From Blastocatellia bacterium (GTDB lineage Bacteria > Acidobacteriota > Blastocatellia > UBA7656), in contig DATENM010000014.1 in the NCBI GenBank assembly GCA_035275065.1, forward strand, positions 151,178-215,177: a stretch of DNA of 64,000 nt, given 5' to 3'. Shown here piece by piece: positions 1-9,891 of the stretch (position 1 is the first letter of the stretch; each line of letters opens with the position of its first letter). The position numbers and the translations under genes were made by a program. Under the pieces are notes generated by a model, which was not told the origin of the DNA, did not search any database, and saw only the letters and a list, made by a program, of their open reading frames with translations.

Positions 1-240
1 ACCACTGCGCTCGGCCTCGACCACGTCAATGCCGGCCTCACTGAGCCGACGCAGATGCTCGTCACGGTGCGCCGGGTCAACGATGTGGAATGCTTTATGA
101 CCTTGCTCGAACCCTTCTTTCACAAAGGGTAGAAGAACCTGATATTCCTCATCCTTTTTATGAAAGAAGGCGCAGACATGTCGGGAGCGGTGGAGGTCAG
201 ACCCGGCCAACCGCACCGCTTCTTTTTGCTCGTCCATCAT
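1..240 (-). CDS. MEDS-domain (DcmR-like sensory) protein, N-terminal part; gene runs off the left edge
   Basis: Minus-strand translation from the ATG at 240: MMDEQKEAVRLAGSDLHRSRHVCAFFHKKDEEYQVLLPFVKEGFEQGHKAFHIVDPAHRDEHLRRLSEAGIDVVEAERSG, with no stop before position 1. The H-x-C-x-F-[FY] / EE / LLPF / EG pattern is what I recall for MEDS domains. AGGAGG lies 5' of the start (revcomp of 241-250). This ORF is not in the supplied ORF track because it lacks an in-window stop. Confidence 0.5.
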   Translation of the reverse strand, partial: MMDEQKEAVRLAGSDLHRSRHVCAFFHKKDEEYQVLLPFVKEGFEQGHKAFHIVDPAHRDEHLRRLSEAGIDVVEAERSG

Positions 241-677
241 GTTCCTCCTTTTATGATGACTGCTCGCAGGTAGCTTTCGAGACAGTCCCATGCCGCGCAA
301 ATATCTTGCCGATTTCTCAATTGACTATTTCATATCGGTGAGGATAGCAGGTACAGAAGCCCTCGACAAAAATAGTAGCTACAAACTCACAAGCGTTTCT
401 GTACTTTTATTCGTTTAACCGGGCTTCGTCAAGCAATAAAACTGAGGCGTACTATGCAGCGACGGACTCCTGCATCTCCCTATCAATTCAGACCAAAAAC
501 GCTTGTATTAACCGATCAAGACGCTTTGAACCTCGTTTGGGATTGCCCGTCTATTTGCTATACTATTGAACACAAGGGTTGAACTGTTCAATTTGGAGGT
601 CTGACCCAATGGCCGAGAATGAATAGGCCCTGCCCGATTAGGACTGTCGCGCATTTCTGATCTGAACTTGTGAAGAA

Positions 678-1655
678 TCAGTATGCCCCCTGCCTTTCAA
701 AAATTCGCCGCGGGTTTTCCACTAACATCTGATGCAACTGCTCGTCGGTGACGCCGCGCGCCTTGAGCGCCGGGATCACGTCGTTGTGAATGTGCAGATA
801 GTGCCAGTTCGGCAACACTACGGGCAGCGCCGCTTCCGGCAGCCAGTCATTGAAACAAGCGGCGTCGTGCGACAACACCATCTTGTCTGCATGACCCAGC
901 TCACACATTCGCGCCACGGTGTTGACGCGGTCTTCAAACGGCAGCAGCACGTCAATGCCGAAGCGATCCATGCCGATGTACGATCCCCTGGCGATCAGCT
1001 TCTCCAGGTAGTCTGTGTCGGTGGTGTCGCCCGAATGGCCGATGACGACGCGCGACAGGTCAACGCCTTCTTCTTCGAAGATGTGCTGCTGTTCGAGGCC
1101 GCGTTCGGTGTGCGCGTGAGTATGTGTTGAAATCGGCACGCCGGTTTGACGGTGCGCGTGGGCTACGGCGCGCAGCACGCGCTCGACGCCCGGCGTGACG
1201 CCTTGCTGATCGGTGGCGCATTTCAAGATCGCCGCGCGGACGCCGGTGCCGGCGATGCCTTCAGTGATGTCGCGCACAAACATGTCGGCCATGAACTCCG
1301 GGCCGCCAAGCTCTGTGCCCGGCCCTTGAAAGTGAAAGTACATCGGCACGTCGTTGTAGGTGTAGACGCCCGTGGCGACGATGATATTGAGATCGGTGGC
1401 GGCGGCGATGCGCTCGATGCGCGGGATGTAGCGCCCCAGGCCGATGACCGTGAGGTCAACGATTGAGTCCACGCCGCGCGCTTTCAACTCGTTAAGTCGG
1501 GCGATGGCATCGCTGACGCGCCGCTCTTCATCGCCCCAGCCTTCGGGATAATTCTGCATGATCTCCGCCGAGAGAATGAATACATGCTCATGCATCAGCG
1601 TGACGCCGAGACGCTCGGTGTCAACAGGGCCACGCACGGTGTTGACTTGTGGCAT
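678..1655 (-). CDS. Phosphotriesterase-related protein (PTE/aryldialkylphosphatase family, amidohydrolase superfamily)
   Basis: 325 aa with an N-terminal GVTLMHEH motif (HxH metal ligand), later HTHAH and a D...H motif, and overall length typical of PTE-family Php proteins. GGAGG lies upstream of the ATG. Confidence 0.8.
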   Translation of the reverse strand: MPQVNTVRGPVDTERLGVTLMHEHVFILSAEIMQNYPEGWGDEERRVSDAIARLNELKARGVDSIVDLTVIGLGRYIPRIERIAAATDLNIIVATGVYTYNDVPMYFHFQGPGTELGGPEFMADMFVRDITEGIAGTGVRAAILKCATDQQGVTPGVERVLRAVAHAHRQTGVPISTHTHAHTERGLEQQHIFEEEGVDLSRVVIGHSGDTTDTDYLEKLIARGSYIGMDRFGIDVLLPFEDRVNTVARMCELGHADKMVLSHDAACFNDWLPEAALPVVLPNWHYLHIHNDVIPALKARGVTDEQLHQMLVENPRRIFERQGAY

Positions 1656-1765
1656 ATCGCCTCCCAGGTGTGACGGTCAGAATAGCGCGATGAGTCTAAT
1701 CGTCGGCGGCGCGCGCGGCAAGCCGCAAGCTCTAACCGAGGATTCGTCAAAGGGAGTTTCGTGGT

Positions 1766-2350
1766 ATGATTGGCCCGCGAGGATCCATTATGACCACGAA
1801 AGTCGAGGCGACTATTGAAGATCTTTATCTCATCCCCGAACACGGCAAGGCCGAGCTTGTCGACGGAGAGATTATACGTATGTCACCCACAGGATTCTGG
1901 CCCAGTCGCGCCGGCGGCGAGGTCTATGCGAGCCTCCGCCAGCATGAGCATAAAACGAAATCAGGCTATGCAGTCCCTGATAATGCCGGCTTCATCGTGA
2001 ATCTACCGAACCGCAAGTCCTTCAGCCCCGACGCGGCGTGGTACACCGGCAAGCCGACACGGATGAGATTTCTCGAGGGGGCGCCCGTCTTTGCCGTCGA
2101 AGTTCGCAGCGAAGAGGACTATGGGCCAAAGGCTGAACGAAGGATGGAGACAAAGCGCCGGGATTATTTCGCCGCCGGCACACTCTGCGTGTGGGATGTT
2201 GATCTGCTCAGCCCCGACGTCATCAAATCTTATCATCACGATGATCCAGATAATCCGATCATCTTTCGCCGCGGCGATATGGCCGATGCCGGCGATGCCG
2301 TGCCGGGCTGGTCAATGCTGGTCGCTGATCTCTTGCCCGAAGACGAATAG
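1766..2350 (+). CDS. Uma2-family (DUF820) putative restriction-endonuclease-like protein
   Basis: 194 aa. The pattern E(L/Y)..G.I..MSP, with an acidic and Lys-containing core (FAVEVRSEED), is typical of the Uma2/DUF820 PD-(D/E)xK family. The alternative start is Met at 1790. Confidence 0.6.
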   Translation: MIGPRGSIMTTKVEATIEDLYLIPEHGKAELVDGEIIRMSPTGFWPSRAGGEVYASLRQHEHKTKSGYAVPDNAGFIVNLPNRKSFSPDAAWYTGKPTRMRFLEGAPVFAVEVRSEEDYGPKAERRMETKRRDYFAAGTLCVWDVDLLSPDVIKSYHHDDPDNPIIFRRGDMADAGDAVPGWSMLVADLLPEDE

Positions 2351-2397
2351 CGATGCGCCACTCTCCAGGTCGAACGCCGCCGACCCCGCCCGATTAA

Positions 2398-5184
2398 CTA
2401 GCTGCCTTTTTGTTTCACCATGAAAATCTGATTGCCGACGCGGATGCGGCCTTTGCGCGCCACGCCCGTTGAGTTCGGCGCGACCGTGTAGTTCACCACT
2501 CCATTGCCAATGCCCGGGCTGCCTGAGCTGATCGTGATCCAGTCAACATTCGGCGTAGCTTGCCAGGCGCAGTGCGCGGCGGTGAAAACGCTGAAGCTGA
2601 AGCTGCCGCCCGCCGCCGAACTTACACGGCTCACCGGCGAAAGCACATAATTGCAGTCCGGCATCCCCGCGTCTTGAATCACCGCATAGCTCTGCCCGGC
2701 AATGGTCAGGCTTCCCTGCCGCGGCGAGCCGGTGAAGTTCTCGCGCACCTCAAAATGGATAACGCTGCTGCCGCTGCCGCTGGTCGCCGAGGTCAGGATG
2801 ATCCAGGCGTCATTGCTCGCCGCCGCCCAGCCACAGCCCGCGCCGCACGTCAGCGCGACGCTGCCGCTGCCGCCGCTTTCTTTGAAGAAGCCGCCCGATG
2901 CCGCTAACTGATAGCCGCAACTGCTGCCGACGCGCAAGCCGTTGCCGAAGCTGGTCACCCAGATTTCCGCGGGGTTATAAGGATTGAAAAAGACGCGCTC
3001 CGGCTGGCGGAAGGGGTACGAGGTGACGGCGCTGAAGGTCGGCTGTGCGGCGCTAATGTTGTTGGAATACCACAGCCCGTTGGTTTCGGTCGTGAGATAC
3101 ATCTCATTCGGGTTGAGCGGATTGATGGACACCGAGCCGACACGGTCGAGGCTGTTGATCTTTGTCCATGACTGGCCGCGATTCGTCGTGCGGTACAGCC
3201 CGCCTAAACCGTTCGGCGGCCCGCCCCAGCCGCTATACACACAGACATACCATGTGCTCTGCGTCGCGTCGTTCGGATCGATGAGAATGTCTTTTGTCCA
3301 GTAACGCATCCCTGTGTCGCTGCGATCCAGCCAGGTCGCGCCGCCGTCGGTGCTGAGGAAGACGCCGGAGCTTGCAGTAAACGCGCCCGCCGAGTTGCGG
3401 CGGCCCGAATAGGTGCAGACGATGGCGCTGTCGTTCAGCACATAGACATTGAACGGGTGGCCTTCGGTGCGCGGCGGGCTGGCGAGCCTGGTCCACGTCG
3501 AAGCGCCGCCGTTTTGAATGTTGCTCGAAACGAAGATGCCGCCCTGCGTCGAATGAATGACGCTGGCGTACATGCGGCTGGCGTTCGTCGGGTCAATAGC
3601 GAGGCCGATGACCGGATGCGCAAAGTTGTGCAGCCGCTGCCAGGTCGCGCCTTTGTCTGTCGAGTAGAGTAGCTCACCGCTGCCGCCGTTGAGCGTTGAA
3701 TCCGTCAAGCGCGTGCTCTGATACATATCGTGAACCGACGACGTGCCGACATAGAGCGTGCCGGTCACGGGATGCTTCAGCGATTGATAGGTCGAGTTGT
3801 AGCCCTGGCCGCTGTAATTGAATGACCAGCCCGCGCCGCCATCTGTGCTGCGCGTCCCTTTGATGTCCGAGTAGGAAGCAAACAGGTTGCTGGCATCGCT
3901 CCAGGTCAGCCACCAGCAGGTGGTGTCTTCGAGGCCGACGCTGTGATACGTGTGCCCCTTGGGCGTGAGCTGGCCCGCGGGATTCTGGTCAGCCGGCGCG
4001 ACGTACATCTGTCGCCAGGTCGAGCCGCCATCGGTCGTCAGGTGCGCGAATCCCAGGTCTGTGTAGACGACGCGGTTGACATCCGTGGGCGCTACCGTGA
4101 AGCCGAGCGCCCCCGCGCCATAGCTCCAGTCGCGGTCGCCGCCGCGCCCCGACCAGCCGGTCGAGATGTTCTGATTGTTCGTCGTTAAAAAAACGCTCTG
4201 CCAGCTCGTGCCGGCGTTGGTCGTCTTGTAGATGATGGGGAACTCGTTCGCCTCCTGCTGTCCGGCAACGTAGGCCGCCGAGATGTTGCCGCGCGCCATC
4301 ACCACTAAGAATGGGTCGTCGCCCGTGGCGATGCCCGATGTCTTTAACGTCCAGTTGGCCTGCCCCCAGTCGAGCGCGTAGATGCCCGCATAACTCGCGT
4401 AAGAGCCTTCGGTGAACAATCCCGGATAAACATCTGTTGAGTTGAGCGTCACGGCAAAGAAGCGCGTCGTCGTGTTCTGCTTCGCGCCGGCAAACGAGAC
4501 GATGGCCTGTCCCGCGGGTATGCCGCCGACGCTTGCGAGCGCGAAGCTCGCGCCGCCGTTGGTTGACACGAGCAAGCCGAGATTGGTGCCGACATAGATA
4601 TTCGCGCCGTCAAAGAACGCGCCGGCGACAAAGCAGCCGTTGCCGCTTGCGGTCGTAAATTTCTGCGCGAAGCTCGCGCCGCCGTCGCTCGAAAAGTAAA
4701 CCGTCGAATAATCCGAGACCAGGACGCGGCTCGTCAGACTGTCGTCAACAAAGAGCGCATAGGCGCCGCCATCGGTCGGGTCGCTCACCAATTGATGCCA
4801 GGTCGCGCCGCCGTCTGTGCTGCGCGATGGCGTCGTCAGGTCGCCCGTGTAATCGAGCGCATAACGGATTGCCGGGTCGCTCGTGAAGCGCACCTGGGCT
4901 TCACGGTTGCCTTGAATCTGGCGAAAGTCAGTGACCGCCCACGACGCGCCCAGATCGGTCGAATGGAACTGCTCGCTCATGTCGCAGGCGAGATAGATTT
5001 CGTTAGCGTTGTATGGGCTGAAGATGGGCGCGAACAGCGCGCCGCCGCCGCCCGGCCCGCGTGGCGACCACAGTGCCGGCGGCTGCGCCTGCGCGGCGAT
5101 CACCGTGACGGCCAAGACGGCCAGCAGGAAAATGATTGAGCGGTGCGGTCGTAAATCCCCTCTTTGCATAAGCGGTTCCACCAT
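2398..5184 (-). CDS. Secreted BNR/Asp-box repeat protein (sialidase/GH74-like beta-propeller) with C-terminal Cys-containing beta-sandwich domains
   Basis: At least 8 Asp-box motifs (STDLGASW, STDGGATW, SSDGGASF, TTDGGSTW, STDGGAGW, STDKGATW, STDGGATW, TTNRGQSW). There is a signal-peptide-like N-terminus (RSIIFLLAVLAVTVIAAQAQ). The start is uncertain: Met at 5235, 5184 or 5166. Confidence 0.75.
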   Translation of the reverse strand: MVEPLMQRGDLRPHRSIIFLLAVLAVTVIAAQAQPPALWSPRGPGGGGALFAPIFSPYNANEIYLACDMSEQFHSTDLGASWAVTDFRQIQGNREAQVRFTSDPAIRYALDYTGDLTTPSRSTDGGATWHQLVSDPTDGGAYALFVDDSLTSRVLVSDYSTVYFSSDGGASFAQKFTTASGNGCFVAGAFFDGANIYVGTNLGLLVSTNGGASFALASVGGIPAGQAIVSFAGAKQNTTTRFFAVTLNSTDVYPGLFTEGSYASYAGIYALDWGQANWTLKTSGIATGDDPFLVVMARGNISAAYVAGQQEANEFPIIYKTTNAGTSWQSVFLTTNNQNISTGWSGRGGDRDWSYGAGALGFTVAPTDVNRVVYTDLGFAHLTTDGGSTWRQMYVAPADQNPAGQLTPKGHTYHSVGLEDTTCWWLTWSDASNLFASYSDIKGTRSTDGGAGWSFNYSGQGYNSTYQSLKHPVTGTLYVGTSSVHDMYQSTRLTDSTLNGGSGELLYSTDKGATWQRLHNFAHPVIGLAIDPTNASRMYASVIHSTQGGIFVSSNIQNGGASTWTRLASPPRTEGHPFNVYVLNDSAIVCTYSGRRNSAGAFTASSGVFLSTDGGATWLDRSDTGMRYWTKDILIDPNDATQSTWYVCVYSGWGGPPNGLGGLYRTTNRGQSWTKINSLDRVGSVSINPLNPNEMYLTTETNGLWYSNNISAAQPTFSAVTSYPFRQPERVFFNPYNPAEIWVTSFGNGLRVGSSCGYQLAASGGFFKESGGSGSVALTCGAGCGWAAASNDAWIILTSATSGSGSSVIHFEVRENFTGSPRQGSLTIAGQSYAVIQDAGMPDCNYVLSPVSRVSSAAGGSFSFSVFTAAHCAWQATPNVDWITISSGSPGIGNGVVNYTVAPNSTGVARKGRIRVGNQIFMVKQKGS

Positions 5185-5382
5185 GCGCAGTCTCGTTCCG
5201 AAGCAGGCAAAGCAACGCGCCTGCCACGATCTCAAGATTGTTTTCCAAAGCAGTTATGCCGCGTGAGGAGGGGCGAACTGACGAAATTTAGCTTAACAGA
5301 CGTAAACTTATGACACAAAGTGGAATCCAGGGACAAATATCATTTTCAGTAAGCTCAGAAAGGAGTGTGCGCGTAACCGGCA

Positions 5383-7356
5383 ATGAAGAGGCCGATCTAT
5401 AACATCAACCACACCACGACGAAGCGCGCCGATGTGGCGCTGCTTTTATTGATCGCACCGCTCGGCGCTGTAGCGCAGACCACGCCGCGTCAATCCGCCG
5501 CGCGCACGCCGCAAACGGCAAGCCCGCGCCCGACCGCTGCGCACACTGTCAAGACCGACCGCCGCGTCTATGCCGAGCCCGCGCCGCCGCCGCTGCCTGA
5601 AGCCGGCGGCACTTTCGTTGATCCGGTTTTCGGCACGACGCTGATTCGCGTCACCGATCAGCGTGACGGCAAGTTCGCCGAAACGCCTTACTCTTACTGG
5701 CCGACGTTCAACAAAGACTCGACGCGCCTCTACGTCAAGATCGATGACCAGGCGATCCTCTTCGGCTTCGACCCGGATAACTTCGGGGTGACGACGCGGC
5801 GCAAGCTGTTTCAACACCCGCTGCCCGAAGGCGGTTATCCGTGGGCCGACGATGTGATCTGGAGCGGCACGGATAATAATCTGGTCTATTGTCATTCGGG
5901 CCTGCGGCTCTACAGCTACAACGTCGTCATGAACAATTATGAGCTGGTGCATGATTTCGCCGGTCAGGTGCCGGGCGACACCATCTGGCAGATGAGCCGC
6001 TCGCTCGACGACGACACCTTCGCCTTTCACCTGAAAAGCTCGCGCAACGATTACAAGGTCGTCGGCTACGCGGCGTGGAAGCGCGGCACGAACGCGCTCT
6101 ACGCCATCAACGAGCCGCAGGTCAATGAAGTGCAGGTGGACAAGACGGGCCGTTATCTGGTCGTGACGATGGAGCTGCCCGACCCGCCGCCGCCACCGCC
6201 CGACAGCGGCATCGAAGTGCGCGTCGTCGATTTGCAGAGCAAACGGATCAGCGACCTCAAAGACGGCGGCCCGGACTTTGCGCCCGGCCATCACGATTGC
6301 GGGCGCGGCACGATCATCGGCGCAGACAACTGGAATAACCGTTACACCTTTCGCCAGCTTGCCAGTCCGCACCGCTTCAACACCGCCGTCGGCTTCGGCA
6401 CGGATTGGAGCTTGAGCGGCCATGTGTCGCTGCTCGCGGACGACGAAAACTGGGCGCTGGTCAGCACCTTCCTCGCCAACAAGCTGCCAAGCTCCGGGGT
6501 CTTCAAGAACGAATTGCTGCTGGTCGCGACTGACGGCTCGGGGCGCGTCCGGCGGCTGGCGCATCATCATTCGGTTTATCGCGACTACGCCGATTCGCCG
6601 CGCGCCAACCTGAGCCGCGACGGTCGCTTCGCCGCCTTCACGAGCAACTGGGGCTCGGCATCGCGCCGCGATGTCTTTGTCGTGCAGATTCCGCCGATGT
6701 CAGGGCGTGAGCAATATGAAACCACCGCGCCGCCGCCTGACACCCCGGCGAGCGCCGCGACGCGATTGCCCGCAAGCACCGCGCCCGCCCGCCCTGCCGC
6801 GCCGCGCCGCAATGTGGCCACTGTCACATCATCCGCCACGCCGGCAACCGCGAGCGAGACTCATTCGGGCGCGACACAGCCGGTGACATGGACAGGCTTA
6901 TTGAATTGCGCCGTCAAGGGCAGCGGTCTGGAAAAGACGACCGGCAGCGATAGCCTGGCTGATGCTGAAGCGCGCTCCGAGCAGCGCCTGTCAAGCGGCA
7001 ACGGCTACATCGAATTCACCGCGTCCGAGACCGACAAGACGCGCATGGTGGGGCTGACGCGCGACCCTTCGGAATTAAACTTTGCCAGCGTAGACTTCGC
7101 CATCAAGCTGACCGCCAAAGCGGTGGCCGAGATTCGCGAGAACAACGCCTATGCCGGCGAAACCCCATACGCCGCGGGCGACGTGTTTCGCATCGTCGTC
7201 GAAAACCACCAGGTGACCTACTACCAAAACGGCAAGCTCCTGTTCACCAGCCTGAACGCCGCCGCCGACACCCTCTTCGTCAAAGCGGTGCTCGTGCACC
7301 TCGGCGCGCGCGCCACGGACGTTCGCATCGCCATAGCGGGAAAGCCTGTCCCTTGA
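5383..7356 (+). CDS. Secreted TolB/PD40-like beta-propeller protein with Pro/Thr-rich linker and C-terminal lectin-like (LamG-like?) domain; paralog of the 1507-aa protein
   Basis: 657 aa with a signal-peptide-like N-terminus and PD40-like strings (LSRDGRFAAFTSNWGS...RRDVFVV, HHHSVYRDY). A PPPPPP and PT-rich linker follows. The C-terminal ~150 aa module (W.G..NC...YIEFTA...IDFAIKL...GDVFRIVVE...YYQNG) recurs in the 17086-21609 protein. Confidence 0.6.
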   Translation: MKRPIYNINHTTTKRADVALLLLIAPLGAVAQTTPRQSAARTPQTASPRPTAAHTVKTDRRVYAEPAPPPLPEAGGTFVDPVFGTTLIRVTDQRDGKFAETPYSYWPTFNKDSTRLYVKIDDQAILFGFDPDNFGVTTRRKLFQHPLPEGGYPWADDVIWSGTDNNLVYCHSGLRLYSYNVVMNNYELVHDFAGQVPGDTIWQMSRSLDDDTFAFHLKSSRNDYKVVGYAAWKRGTNALYAINEPQVNEVQVDKTGRYLVVTMELPDPPPPPPDSGIEVRVVDLQSKRISDLKDGGPDFAPGHHDCGRGTIIGADNWNNRYTFRQLASPHRFNTAVGFGTDWSLSGHVSLLADDENWALVSTFLANKLPSSGVFKNELLLVATDGSGRVRRLAHHHSVYRDYADSPRANLSRDGRFAAFTSNWGSASRRDVFVVQIPPMSGREQYETTAPPPDTPASAATRLPASTAPARPAAPRRNVATVTSSATPATASETHSGATQPVTWTGLLNCAVKGSGLEKTTGSDSLADAEARSEQRLSSGNGYIEFTASETDKTRMVGLTRDPSELNFASVDFAIKLTAKAVAEIRENNAYAGETPYAAGDVFRIVVENHQVTYYQNGKLLFTSLNAAADTLFVKAVLVHLGARATDVRIAIAGKPVP

Positions 7357-7570
7357 AATGGCCCGTCAGACACCGAGCAGTTTTCTTTCAACGCCTTTAC
7401 ACCTGTGCTATGCTACGCCCGCTTCAATGTGACGATCTTCTCAATGTGTGACCGTGCCAGGGGCCCGGTTTATTTTTGGTTTATCGTTTGTGCGAGTTGT
7501 CCGGGCGGGTTCAAGCCAATCGCTATTCACGCTGCTTGAGGCCAGACAATCGCATGAAGGAGGTTCTGCC

Positions 7571-9730
7571 ATGCACTTCAACATAAAGACTCTACTGGTT
7601 GTCGGACTCCTGACCGCGAACCTGCTCTATGCCGGTCCCAGAGTCCAGACAGGCTCCGAACAACAAAAAGACCAGAAGGTGGTGGTTAGCGGCGTCGAAG
7701 TTCCGGTTGATGTCATCGTTCGAGACAAGGCCGGGCGTCCGGTCAAGGGGCTGACGGCTGCCGACTTCGAAGTTTATGAAAACGGCGTGCTTCAGCCGAT
7801 CACCTCCGTCCGCCTGGTGACTCGTGAACTGGCCGAAGCCGAAACGGCAGCGAAAACCGCCACGCCATCTAAGCCGGTGAGCGGATCGCCGGCATCGAAT
7901 GATGTTTTAGCCGGGATGACCACGACGGCCCTGATTTTTGATCGCCTGACTCCCGAAGGCCGCCCGCGGGCGCGCGACGCGGCGTTGAACTACGTCAATG
8001 AAAACATGAAGTCGGGCAGTCGCATGGGCGTCTACATCACCGGCCTCGCGCTGCAAGTCCTGCAACCTCCGACGCAAGACGCGCAACTCGTCAAGGCGGC
8101 TGTCGAGCGCACAGGTGAAGTCAGCGGGGCCATTTACCAAACCAACATACAAGAGTCCCGGCAGGTGAGAGACCAACTGTCCGGCTTCGTCCAGGGCTAC
8201 AACCCGGCCGCCCGGCCCGAGGGCGACCCATTCTATCTGTCCAAAAAAGACATGCTGACGTTGCAGCTCCAACTGTCGGAAGGCTTCGAGGCGCTACAAC
8301 GCGAACAGCAGGGACATGCGACGATCAACGGCCTGACTGCGGTCGTCAATTCGCTGCGGGCCATTCCGGGCCGCAAGGCGGTGATTTTTTTCTCGGAGGG
8401 GATCGCGCTGCCGTCGAACGTCGAACCGTTTATGCGCGCGCTCATCAGCACGGCCAATGCCGCCAACGTCAGCATCTATACGATTGACGCGGCGGGGCTG
8501 CGCGTCGAAAGCGCCCAGACCGAGACGAAAAAGGAGATCGAATCGCGAAGCAACTTGCGCATGACTGAGCTGGCGACCAGCGCGGATCACACCGGGCCGA
8601 TGACGAAAGAGTTGGAGCGCAATGAAGATATTCTCAGGCTGGACCCGCGCAGCGGCCTCGGGCTACTGGCCGACCAGACGGGCGGCTTCCTGATTAATAA
8701 CACTAATGATTTCAAGGGCCGCATGGGCCGCATCGACGAAGAGCTGCGCACCTATTACATGTTGAGCTACGCGCCCAAAGACCAGGCGGCAAACGGGCAG
8801 TTCCGCCGCATCGAAGTGAAAGTGAAACGGTCAGGCGTGACGGTGCAGGCTCGCAAAGGTTATTACGCCATCAATTCGGTGTTCGACTCGCCGGTGCTCG
8901 AATATGAAACCCCTGCCTTAGCGATTGCCGCCAGCGGTCGCGGGCCAAAAGACCTGCCTGTCCGCTCGTCGGCGATGAGCTTCCCCGAAACGACGCGCAC
9001 CGGGCTGGTCACCGCTGTAGCCGAGGTTCCGATGCAAGCCCTCGCCATTCGCACGGATGAGAAAACGAAAACCTTTGCCACAGATTTCTCTGTCGTGATG
9101 ACCTTCAAGAGCGCCGCCAACGACACGGTGACAAAGATGAGCCACCATTATGCGTTGACCGGCCCAATGGCCAACCTTGCCGCCCTGCAAAAACAGGACA
9201 TCCAGTTTTACCGCGAGGGCGAGCTTGCGCCCGGTCGCTATCAGGTGCAGACGGTGGTTTACGATGCGTTGGCGAAAAAGGCAGGGGTTCTCGAAGGCAC
9301 CTTTGAAGTGCCGGCGGCCAGTGACACGGACCTCCGGCTCAGTGACATTGTGTTCATCAAGCGTACCGAGCGTTTGAATGCTGAGGAACAGAAGACCTTC
9401 AATCCGTTTCACGTTGGCGAATTGCTGGCCTACCCGAATCTCGGCGAGGTCGTGTCAAAGGCAAAGTCCAAGCAGTTATCCTTCTTCTTCACGGCGTATG
9501 TGCCCAAGGGAAGCAGCGCCCCGCCGAAGTTGATGCTTGAGTTGTCGCAACAGGGGCAGACGCTGGCGCAACTCCCCGCCGAGCTGCCGGCTGCCGACGC
9601 CACAGGCCGCATTCAATTCGCCGGCGGCTTGCCGTTGGAGAGCATCCCGCCTGGCACATACGACTTGAAAGCCATTGTCACGAGCGGCGGCAAGAGCGTC
9701 GCGCGCTCCGCCCGCTTAGTCATTGAATAG
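7571..9730 (+). CDS. VWA-domain protein of the VWFA-related Acidobacterial-domain family (TIGR03436-like)
   Basis: AAGGAGG lies 7 nt before the ATG at 7571, followed by signal-peptide-like LLVVGLLTANLLYAG. The N-terminal signature GVEVPVDVIVRDKAGRPVKGLTAADFEVYENG matches my recollection of the acidobacterial VWFA-related domain. A VWA-like region (ALIFDRL..., DxSxS-like) follows. Confidence 0.7.
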   Translation: MHFNIKTLLVVGLLTANLLYAGPRVQTGSEQQKDQKVVVSGVEVPVDVIVRDKAGRPVKGLTAADFEVYENGVLQPITSVRLVTRELAEAETAAKTATPSKPVSGSPASNDVLAGMTTTALIFDRLTPEGRPRARDAALNYVNENMKSGSRMGVYITGLALQVLQPPTQDAQLVKAAVERTGEVSGAIYQTNIQESRQVRDQLSGFVQGYNPAARPEGDPFYLSKKDMLTLQLQLSEGFEALQREQQGHATINGLTAVVNSLRAIPGRKAVIFFSEGIALPSNVEPFMRALISTANAANVSIYTIDAAGLRVESAQTETKKEIESRSNLRMTELATSADHTGPMTKELERNEDILRLDPRSGLGLLADQTGGFLINNTNDFKGRMGRIDEELRTYYMLSYAPKDQAANGQFRRIEVKVKRSGVTVQARKGYYAINSVFDSPVLEYETPALAIAASGRGPKDLPVRSSAMSFPETTRTGLVTAVAEVPMQALAIRTDEKTKTFATDFSVVMTFKSAANDTVTKMSHHYALTGPMANLAALQKQDIQFYREGELAPGRYQVQTVVYDALAKKAGVLEGTFEVPAASDTDLRLSDIVFIKRTERLNAEEQKTFNPFHVGELLAYPNLGEVVSKAKSKQLSFFFTAYVPKGSSAPPKLMLELSQQGQTLAQLPAELPAADATGRIQFAGGLPLESIPPGTYDLKAIVTSGGKSVARSARLVIE

Positions 9731-9751
9731 ACCCAGGCGGTAATCAAAGCC

Positions 9752-9825
9752 TTAACCGCCAAGACGCCAAGATCGCCAAGAGGACACAAAGCTCTTCTTG
9801 GCGATCTTGGCGTCTTGGCGGTTAA
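9752..9825. terminator. Long near-perfect palindrome (about 27-31 bp arms) downstream of the VWA gene; arms built from CGCCAAGA repeats
   Basis: ttaaccgccaagacgccaagatcgccaag(ag) ... (ctctt)cttggcgatcttggcgtcttggcggttaa. The loop is aggacacaaagc and aattctttc follows. Confidence 0.6.
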
Positions 9826-9891
9826 AATTCTTTCAAGCTCGGATAACGCTTCGCCGGGGTGCCGCGTCTTTATGGACGAGCGAGGCGGTGA

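Noticed and set aside
90-341. Plus-strand ORF 90-341 (83 aa)
   Set aside because: It overlaps the much better-supported minus-strand MEDS-domain reading frame (1-240) and has no recognisable features.
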